A stretch of 32,000 bases of DNA from Methanothermobacter marburgensis str. Marburg (lineage in GTDB: Archaea > Methanobacteriota > Methanobacteria > Methanobacteriales > Methanothermobacteraceae): assembly GCF_000145295.1 (NCBI RefSeq), contig NC_014408.1:840001-872000 (forward strand), given 5' to 3'. The notes beneath the pieces were generated by a model. That model did no database searches, had not been told where the DNA came from, and was given only the letters and a program-made list of their open reading frames with translations. The first letter of the stretch is position 1; every line of letters starts with the position of its first letter. Positions 25,382 through 32,000 of the stretch are shown piece by piece. A program made the position numbers and the translations under genes.

Positions 25382-26908
25382 TCATCCTATGAATTCGATG
25401 TCCCCCTCATCTTCATCCTCATGATCCATGGATTCAATGAACTCCTCAAAGAGTGGTATCTTCACGGGTACCGCGAACTTTGTGAATATGCTGCTAACTA
25501 TGGCCTCACCCTTATCCAGGCTTGCTATTGCCCTGTTGTCATCTGAGAGGTCCTGGGAGGCGCTTCCTATTATCTCAGCCCTCTCCTGGGCCATCTCATT
25601 CCCCAGGATTATCTTGGTGTTCATGTTTGCAAGGACCGTCCTGGGGATGAGGCTTACGAGCTGGGTTATGGCGACCAGGCCTATGTTGAATTTACGGCCC
25701 TCCCTTGCGATGGTGCTGTAGATGTTGTTTCCCTGCCTCTCAATGACCTCCTTTCCAAGGACACGGGGGGCCTCCTCTATCACTATCCCTATGACGGGTT
25801 TTCGCCTGAGCTCCCCTGTGGACTTGTACTTCTGGTACCTCCTGAAGATCTCACCGGATATCACGCTCCCAACGAGGAGTTCCGCCTCGCCCATGAGCCT
25901 GGATGTGTCCACCACGACTATCTTTCCCTCCTCAAGCTGTGATACTATGTCCTTTATGGTTGAATCCCCCCCTGTCTCCCGGAATACGCCTCCACGGGAC
26001 TTTATCTCACCTGTATCCTCATCCAGGTAGACACCGAGGATCACATCGAAGACCCTCCGGAGGACGCTCAGTGTTCTGGGGTCCACATTTTCAACGGCTT
26101 CACCACCAACGATTCTGATGATCCACCCATCACCGTACATTTTATGGTACTTTGCAATTGCCTGCTCCTGGGGCTGTGTGAACGGTATTATACCCTCAAA
26201 GTGCTCAGGTCTCAGTGTCCTCAGGTTTATGGCGAGTGTGTTTCCACCGACCGGTGCATCCGGGGAGTAGTAGACCACGTTACCTGACGGGTGCTTTCCG
26301 AGTCCTGCCTCGTTCCTCCCATAGTACTCGTCGTGGGGGTCCAGCACCAGCATGCCCACGCGGTCCATCTCCGCCAGGCTCCAGAGCATGACCTTCACAA
26401 GGTTACTCTTACCCCTGCCTGTGGTTGCAGGTATGAGGATATGGTGGGTTATGGCGTCAACCGCATCAATGTAGACTGGTGTCTCCAGGACCTTTGAGCC
26501 GCTCCTCACATTCCCAAGGAAGACCGGATTGCGGGGCTTTTCAAGGAAATCAAGGTCCCCATCCCTTATCCTCCTGACCTCCCCGAAGAACCCCGGGAGG
26601 CGTTTGGGTAGCATTGGCTCCCCATCCCTCACATGGAGTATGGGGCGGGCCTCTGCGATGATGTAGTTCCGTAGTTCGGGTTCAAGGAACTCCACGTCCC
26701 CGCTGTAGCCCTCAAGGTTGAAGCCTGATGCAAGCTCCCTCATCCCCTGGGGTATCTGGGACCTGTATTTGAGGTCCTTGACCTGGAGTATCGTGTAGCC
26801 ATCCCCCTCAGCGACAAGGAGGTCCCCGAGTTCCACCTGTTCACCTGATTTCTGCCTTATGAGTACCGCGGCCGTTTCACCGCCTATTATCTGTCCTGCA
26901 GCTTCCAT
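25382..26908 (-). CDS. herA: HerA hexameric DNA helicase/translocase (FtsK-HerA superfamily)
   Basis: An N-terminal HAS-barrel-like region precedes Walker [14 protein letters not shown] and Walker B-like [10 protein letters not shown]. The ATG directly follows the nurA TGA stop. Confidence 0.93.
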   Translation of the reverse strand: MEAAGQIIGGETAAVLIRQKSGEQVELGDLLVAEGDGYTILQVKDLKYRSQIPQGMRELASGFNLEGYSGDVEFLEPELRNYIIAEARPILHVRDGEPMLPKRLPGFFGEVRRIRDGDLDFLEKPRNPVFLGNVRSGSKVLETPVYIDAVDAITHHILIPATTGRGKSNLVKVMLWSLAEMDRVGMLVLDPHDEYYGRNEAGLGKHPSGNVVYYSPDAPVGGNTLAINLRTLRPEHFEGIIPFTQPQEQAIAKYHKMYGDGWIIRIVGGEAVENVDPRTLSVLRRVFDVILGVYLDEDTGEIKSRGGVFRETGGDSTIKDIVSQLEEGKIVVVDTSRLMGEAELLVGSVISGEIFRRYQKYKSTGELRRKPVIGIVIEEAPRVLGKEVIERQGNNIYSTIAREGRKFNIGLVAITQLVSLIPRTVLANMNTKIILGNEMAQERAEIIGSASQDLSDDNRAIASLDKGEAIVSSIFTKFAVPVKIPLFEEFIESMDHEDEDEGDIEFIG

Positions 26909-27973
26909 TCAATCCTCTCCTGCATACCTGTTCAGTTCGTCATGGTAGTTAATGGTCTCCAGCTCATCCCTTATACCTTCAAGGACCTCCCGGGACCTGA
27001 TCTGTGATAGGAGCCTCCTCCTGTATATCTCCACCTCATCCCCTGAGACTCTGGCCCTCATATCCACGTCCACCAGGCCGTAGGGGTAACCCGGGAAGCA
27101 TGCATCCCTGGCGTTCTCTGAGAGGGCTGATGCCACTACCTGTGCATCATCCCTTCCGCACTCTCCAAGGATGTCCATCCTGAATATCCGCCCTGCGGGG
27201 TTCAGCTTAACCGCCGTGAGGGTTGTTGCCCTGTCTGTCCTCACGGCTATGGGGTGGTAGCACCATGGCCCCTCCATACCCATCTCTGAGGCAAGCCTCC
27301 CTATGGCTGCAAGGAGTGAGATTGAGGTGGTCGTGTAGAGGGTGCATGTCTTTGAGAGTCCGGCAATATGGATATCCCCTGACTCCTCCCAGAGTTTTCT
27401 TATGTAACTGTTCTCCTTCTCAAAGGATGCCTGCAGTGATCCGTCCCTGACCAGTATATCGCCATCCTGGAGTTCATCCAGCGCCCTCCGTGCCATGCTC
27501 CACTCTGCGAATCGCCTGGGAAGGCCCTTGAGGGTTGACTCATCAAACAGCTCTGCATCGCCAAGTTCCAGGTGAAGATCCTCCTCATCAGGCAGGAATT
27601 CCCTGTAATCCTCCATGATGGGGTGGATCTGGAATGTGCACATTTCATTCCCCGGGTGGATCCTCATGACCGATAGGAACTCAACCACCGGTGGTATCTC
27701 TGGCTGGATCCTCCTGGTCCCCATGAAGAGGCCCAGTGCAACCCTGTTGAGCTGGACCGATATGGTTGGCCCCTCCAGTATGGGGCTGTTGCCGCCGTCT
27801 ATGAAGGCCATGCGCCTCTCTTCTCCTCCTTTGATGGACAGGAAATTATCCCTGCTGAATTCATGCACCCTGTATCTTGCTGACCTGAAGTATGGCCTTC
27901 CGATATCTGACCTCACGGTAGCCTGGAGGGTCTCTGCAATCCTATCAAAAATGTCCAATAAAAAATCCCCCAT
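26909..27973 (-). CDS. nurA: NurA 5'-3' nuclease
   Basis: Motifs MAFIDGGNSPIL and ILVRDGSLQ match the NurA catalytic Asp motifs. The gene sits immediately upstream of herA in the conserved archaeal operon. Confidence 0.85.
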   Translation of the reverse strand: MGDFLLDIFDRIAETLQATVRSDIGRPYFRSARYRVHEFSRDNFLSIKGGEERRMAFIDGGNSPILEGPTISVQLNRVALGLFMGTRRIQPEIPPVVEFLSVMRIHPGNEMCTFQIHPIMEDYREFLPDEEDLHLELGDAELFDESTLKGLPRRFAEWSMARRALDELQDGDILVRDGSLQASFEKENSYIRKLWEESGDIHIAGLSKTCTLYTTTSISLLAAIGRLASEMGMEGPWCYHPIAVRTDRATTLTAVKLNPAGRIFRMDILGECGRDDAQVVASALSENARDACFPGYPYGLVDVDMRARVSGDEVEIYRRRLLSQIRSREVLEGIRDELETINYHDELNRYAGED

Positions 27974-28004
27974 GTAAATGTTTAATGTTGAATAAGAAAT
28001 AAAT

Positions 28005-28012
28005 ATTATAAA
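28005..28012 (-). promoter_or_regulatory. TATA-box candidate (TTTATAAT on the minus strand) for the nurA-herA-mre11-rad50 operon
   Basis: It lies about 32 nt upstream of the nurA ATG (27973). This implies a very short leader. Confidence 0.4.
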
Positions 28013-28077
28013 TAGTTTGTGGTTTTTAATTGAATGGCCTTGTCATCTGACCGTTCCAGGGATATCCGGGCCCTTAC

Positions 28078-28602
28078 CTACTCCTCCGGCTCAACGATGA
28101 CGGCTGTGCCGTAGGCAAGGATCTCCTGCATTATGTCGGAGATGGAGTCTGAGTCAAAACGGACGCTAATAACAGCATTCGCCCCCAGTTCACGGGCATG
28201 GTCAAGCATCCTCTCAAGGGCCTCCTGCCTTGAGTGCTCCATCATGGTGACGTACTCCTTGATCTCACCACCCACGATGGACCTTAAACCGGCGCCTATC
28301 TGGCCCCCAAGGCCTCTGCTCCTCACGGTGAGGCCATAGACGAATCCAAGTGTCTCAACTGCCCTGTGGCCAGGTACGTAGTTGCTTGTAACGTAAACTA
28401 TGTCACCGTGCTCCTCAACCACCGGCGCCCCCTTTCTTTCCTCAAGCTTCGTGCCGCACTCGTCACAGAAGTTTGAGTCAGCCCCGTACTCCTTACCGCA
28501 GTTTGGACAGAATTTCTCTGCTGATGCGGTGCTTGTGGAGGGTGCTTCCCCCCTGCCTCTACGCGCAGCCAGTCTCCTCTTCATCTCTTCGCTTGTAACC
28601 AT
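28078..28602 (-). CDS. Zinc-ribbon fused to a YbjQ/UPF0145 domain
   Basis: The ribbon CPNCGKEYGADSNFCDECG is followed by the YbjQ-type sequence GGEIKEYVTMMEHSRQEALERMLDHARELGANAVISVRFDS. The ORF is open to 28710, but ATG 28602 (MVTSEEMKRRL), with GGTG 5 nt upstream, is the likely start. Confidence 0.8.
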   Translation of the reverse strand: MVTSEEMKRRLAARRGRGEAPSTSTASAEKFCPNCGKEYGADSNFCDECGTKLEERKGAPVVEEHGDIVYVTSNYVPGHRAVETLGFVYGLTVRSRGLGGQIGAGLRSIVGGEIKEYVTMMEHSRQEALERMLDHARELGANAVISVRFDSDSISDIMQEILAYGTAVIVEPEE

Positions 28603-28624
28603 AATAACACCATAAATATTTCTA

Positions 28625-29950
28625 TTGCAGATGTATAATAAGGTTACCATGAGATCAAGCATGCCACACTCAGGGGTTAGGGGGGCAGTGGAGAGGGTCA
28701 AGGGCTTCATCCCCGGGATAGCAGTGCCCTACATCCCCCTTATCATCATAGGTATGCTCCTCATCATTAAACCATACTACCTCTTCCCGACACATGGGGA
28801 CCTGGACTTCCATCTTGTGAGGGCCAGGGAGATAATGATCAACCCATCCTATGGCCTCCTATGGGACTACCTGGTCTACTATCCCATGGGGAGACCCCTG
28901 GGCCATCCCCCACTGCTTCACGTGATACTTGCAGGACTCTGGGTCCTTGGAGGTGTGAGGTTCGCCCACTCCATCATGTGCATACTCCAGATACTCATCA
29001 CCATATTCACGACCTCATGGGTGGCCTCCAGGTGGTATGGCAGGAGGGCCGGCCTCATAGCAGGGACCCTGGTACTTGCATCCCCACGCCCGGATACCCT
29101 CTCCGTTATAATGCCCGCAGCCTACATACCTGTACTCATGGTCCTCACGGTTTACCTCCTGTCAGAGGACCGGCTCTCCGCTGCTGTAACAGGTACCCTT
29201 GCACTCTGGACCCACTTCATAGCACTCATAACAGTCGTCCCCGCGGTGCTGGCAGACGGTGTGAGGAGAAACCTCAAGGTGCTCCTCCTGCTCCTCCCAT
29301 CCTTCATATTATGGTGGGCCTACTTCCTCACAGCGAGGGGCGCCCCATCCGAGCCTGTGAATGGTGGCTACTTCAGCATCGGCTGGCTTGTGTTCCTCAT
29401 ACTTCTATACTTTGGGGTCCCTGGGCTCTACCTTATAAGGGGGCGGAGGGAGTTCAGGCCCCTCGTGGCCTACATTCTCACAGTGCTCATTGCAGAGATC
29501 CTCTTTGATGACGTATCAAGGGGGCTGCAGTACGTGGCACTCCCGCTGGCAGTGGTGGGTGGATACACAGGTTCAAGGTTAATCGACAACCCCTCAGGGG
29601 CTGTAAGGCTGGTTACCGGGATCCTCATCATCTCATCGGCCACTGTATTCGTCGAACAGCTCCTTCTAACTGATATATGGTGGTCTGATGCTGATATACC
29701 ATTTGAGAACCGATACTATCCCCTTAAGGAGTACATTGACATCCATACATCCCCTGATGACGCGGTATGGGCCTCTGGTTCAGTTGCTGATAAGGTTGCC
29801 TGGATGACCGGGAGAAGGGTTTCAAATGGGCGCTACGGGCCTCCTCCCGGTTTCAGGGAGACGCACCAGGATATCAACATCTACAGTGAGGATGGGGGAT
29901 TCGTGGTGAGGGATAAAAAGAACAGTACTGTGGCTGTTATAGACCCATAG
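28625..29950 (+). CDS. Polytopic membrane protein (about 9 or more TM helices) with a C-terminal soluble domain; possible GT-C-type glycosyltransferase (speculative)
   Basis: There are many hydrophobic helices. An acidic first-loop motif, THGDLDFH, follows TM1 as in GT-C enzymes. The roughly 110-aa C-terminal domain is hydrophilic. The start is ambiguous among TTG 28625, ATG 28631, ATG 28649 and ATG 28661. Confidence 0.75.
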   Translation: MQMYNKVTMRSSMPHSGVRGAVERVKGFIPGIAVPYIPLIIIGMLLIIKPYYLFPTHGDLDFHLVRAREIMINPSYGLLWDYLVYYPMGRPLGHPPLLHVILAGLWVLGGVRFAHSIMCILQILITIFTTSWVASRWYGRRAGLIAGTLVLASPRPDTLSVIMPAAYIPVLMVLTVYLLSEDRLSAAVTGTLALWTHFIALITVVPAVLADGVRRNLKVLLLLLPSFILWWAYFLTARGAPSEPVNGGYFSIGWLVFLILLYFGVPGLYLIRGRREFRPLVAYILTVLIAEILFDDVSRGLQYVALPLAVVGGYTGSRLIDNPSGAVRLVTGILIISSATVFVEQLLLTDIWWSDADIPFENRYYPLKEYIDIHTSPDDAVWASGSVADKVAWMTGRRVSNGRYGPPPGFRETHQDINIYSEDGGFVVRDKKNSTVAVIDP

Positions 29951-29961
29951 TATGGGTATGT

Positions 29962-32000
29962 TTATCTTCTGACCTTTTTCTTAAGATCAATTCCCAGCTG
30001 TTCAAAGGTTTCAAGTATCCTCTCATATTTTGTGTCGTCCATCTCCCCATCCCGTGCCACTATCCTTATCTCTGCCACTGCATCAACGTCACTGAAGTCC
30101 TCGCTGATGGTCCTCTTGATCCTGATGATATTTGACATGTTTTCAAGGGCGGTGGTGAATTCCAGTTCAATCCATTTAATGTGCCCATTCTCATCTTCCA
30201 CTAGCTCATCTTCCACTAGCTGCAGTACCTCACCCTCTGTGAAGTCCGGCATATCCTTCCCATCAACCCTTAGCTTACCCTTCTGTATACCCTCATCTAT
30301 GACCTCTCTGAGTTTCTCCTTAACGATTTCAGGTTCACACCCCATACCCCTGTACTTCTCCGTATATTCTCTCAGTATCTCAATTGTTGCCATTTTCATC
30401 CGGGCCCGTTTTTCAAGTTCACCAACACCTATATCTATGGCATCAGGGGGGCACTCCTCACAGAGTTTTGGATTAACTATTATTTCGGGCGGCTTCAATG
30501 AGACACTGCAATCCTCACCGATATGTCTGCACTTTGGGTCGCCTGGGTCGCCTTCCAGTACGCCGAGCCCAAAGAGCCTCCTCTTCACACCCTTCCTTAT
30601 TGCTTCCTCCAGTACACTAGGACTCATTATCCTCATGGCACCGGGTGTGGTGTGGAAGCTCCTGAGTATCCTCTCTGTCTCAATATAGTCTTCCTGAAGG
30701 TATTTCCTCTCGATTATCACAGGATCCAGGGATTCAAGGAGTTTATCCTCCTCAATGAGCCTGCTTTTTATCTCATAGTCAACCTTCACATCTGCACCGT
30801 AGCTTGCCATCCCAAGGTCTATCCTTTCAAGTCCTGAACGTGAGGGTACAAATACCATCCTGTAAAGGTTCCTTATACTCTCCCTGTCCTCAGCTGAGAC
30901 TGACTTTATCTTCTCCCTCACCTCCCTTTTCTGTTCATCTGTAAGGGAGAGTTGCCTGTCTGATTCAACAGCCATCCAGGCAAGTTTTGTCTTTATGTGT
31001 TCAACAAGCTGGTACCTGTGTGTATCATCCGCCTTGAGGAATATCAGGGTATTCTTGTAGACCCTGGGCTTTTCGCCCTTAAACTCAAGGAAACCAGTAC
31101 AGTCATCGGCGTCCTCAAGTACTATGAGCTTGAGTTTCATGTCATCAGGGACATCGGAGGCGGAAGATGGCCAGATGTAGACACTGAAAATCTTCTTACC
31201 TGTTATCTCGCCGAGAAGGCGCCTCTCCTCATCCCTGACATCCTCATCCCTTATGTTCTCCTTCTTCCTGAGGACTATGGCGTTGAGGTTGGCCTCAGCA
31301 GAGAAGTAGTAGAGGTCCACCTGCTTGTGTATGTAGAATAGCCTCTCAATCATCATGTTGAGGGCCCCGTCTATGATGGACATGGGGATCTCAGACTCCA
31401 GGCAGGCCATCTTTATATCCCTTATGGTTGCACCGTCCCTTACCCCTCCCCCTGAGAATGAGTACAGGAATATTGATCTCGCTATCCTTGTGCCTATCAT
31501 GTAGGGCTCGTACCCCCTGAGTTCCCTGTCAATGATCCTGGCACCTGCATCGGGGGATGTTATATCGGCGGCTATGATGCTATCAAAATTGTTACCTGTG
31601 AACCTCAGGAACTCCCTTTTGAGGTTACCTGACTCCAGTGGAAAGTCTGATAGCCTTATAACTGGTGTGCTGGATGATATGAGCCGGTTCACCACCATGG
31701 CAAGTAGTCTCAGCACACCCCTTGTCCTCTGGAAGTTTGGGAACGAACCCCATCTCTCATAGAGGACGTCTATAACCTCTGGCTGGAAGGGGTAGCTCTT
31801 CCTGAATACCTCACGATAGTCGGCTGCGTTCATACCCTCAGGGAGGATGCCCTCAGATTCTGCCTTTTCAGTGAACTCCGCTATAACATCAATGGCCGCT
31901 GATTCATCCACCCTCTTAAACAGCCTCTTCCTTATGACAGAGTAGATCTCGTCGTCCTCGACGGGTGTGAAGATCTTCTCTGTCCTCCCCAGAACCTTTG
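29962..32000 (-). CDS. DUF499-family (COG1483-like) ATPase, 5'-truncated by the window edge
   Basis: The frame stays open from 31911 to base 32000 (..KVLGRTEKIFTPVEDDEIYSVIRKRLFKRVDESAA..), so the listed GTG is internal. The motif SFPNFQRTRGVLRLLAMVV is typical of DUF499. Confidence 0.85.
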   Translation of the reverse strand, partial: KVLGRTEKIFTPVEDDEIYSVIRKRLFKRVDESAAIDVIAEFTEKAESEGILPEGMNAADYREVFRKSYPFQPEVIDVLYERWGSFPNFQRTRGVLRLLAMVVNRLISSSTPVIRLSDFPLESGNLKREFLRFTGNNFDSIIAADITSPDAGARIIDRELRGYEPYMIGTRIARSIFLYSFSGGGVRDGATIRDIKMACLESEIPMSIIDGALNMMIERLFYIHKQVDLYYFSAEANLNAIVLRKKENIRDEDVRDEERRLLGEITGKKIFSVYIWPSSASDVPDDMKLKLIVLEDADDCTGFLEFKGEKPRVYKNTLIFLKADDTHRYQLVEHIKTKLAWMAVESDRQLSLTDEQKREVREKIKSVSAEDRESIRNLYRMVFVPSRSGLERIDLGMASYGADVKVDYEIKSRLIEEDKLLESLDPVIIERKYLQEDYIETERILRSFHTTPGAMRIMSPSVLEEAIRKGVKRRLFGLGVLEGDPGDPKCRHIGEDCSVSLKPPEIIVNPKLCEECPPDAIDIGVGELEKRARMKMATIEILREYTEKYRGMGCEPEIVKEKLREVIDEGIQKGKLRVDGKDMPDFTEGEVLQLVEDELVEDENGHIKWIELEFTTALENMSNIIRIKRTISEDFSDVDAVAEIRIVARDGEMDDTKYERILETFEQLGIDLKKKVRR
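30191..30220 (-). repeat. Perfect 15-bp tandem duplication inside the DUF499 CDS
   Basis: TCATCTTCCACTAGC occurs at 30191-30205 and again at 30206-30220. The duplication is in frame and encodes LVEDE-LVEDE. Confidence 0.9.

Noticed and set aside
28059-28067. Recurrence of GGGATATCC, also present at 5109-5118, as a possible shared operator.
   Set aside because: There are only two or three short occurrences in 32 kb, which is compatible with chance, and there is no common flanking context.
28861-29508. A 215-aa same-strand alternative-frame ORF within the membrane-protein gene.
   Set aside because: It has Pro/His/Arg/Gly-rich nonsense composition. The main frame gives coherent TM helices over its whole length.
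30032-30688. A 218-aa plus-strand Ser-rich ORF, together with those at 30523-30837, 30997-31341 and 31532-31762.
   Set aside because: They are antisense to the DUF499 gene and have no independent signals.
1-32000. A CRISPR array, cas genes, tRNA or rRNA genes, or IS/integrase genes, which might be expected near a CARF regulator or in an island.
   Set aside because: I found no regularly spaced direct repeats of 25-40 bp, no cloverleaf-like GC-rich intergenic segment, and no transposase or integrase-like ORF. All long intergenic regions are AT-rich promoter or terminator DNA.

Overview
This looks like a chromosomal segment of a pseudomurein-containing methanogen (Methanobacteriales, Methanothermobacter-like). 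The basis is GGTGA-type Shine-Dalgarno sites, TTTATATA boxes, an MTH538-type TIR-like gene, pseudomurein-binding-repeat and Mur-ligase-homologue genes, and roughly 50% GC by eye. I support about 31 protein genes. I saw no rRNA, tRNA, CRISPR array, transposase or integrase.

Gene content, left to right:
- A 5'-truncated CobN-like chelatase with a C-terminal membrane anchor.
- An orphan pair of a Csa3-like CARF-wHTH regulator and a degenerate archaeal ATPase-wHTH.
- An AT-richer block of small membrane, zinc-ribbon and envelope proteins.
- A DUF169 trio.
- A tightly coupled minus-strand operon: small TM protein, MurD-like ligase, tandem double Mur ligase, VanW-like exported Cys protein, MobA-like nucleotidyltransferase.
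- msrA.
- A two-subunit 2-oxoacid:ferredoxin oxidoreductase.
- A stand-alone TIR-like gene.
- A Lys/Tyr-rich secreted transglutaminase-like protein.
- The nurA-herA-mre11-rad50 operon.
- A Zn-ribbon-YbjQ fusion.
- A polytopic membrane protein.
- A 5'-truncated DUF499 ATPase at the right edge.

The most interesting candidate is the Mur-ligase operon. Its non-ligase members could supply unassigned steps of pseudomurein synthesis, namely cross-linking and nucleotide activation. Secondary candidates are the orphan CARF/ATPase module, the lone TIR-like gene and the DUF499 gene at the window edge. All family assignments come from motif recognition by eye. No searches were run.
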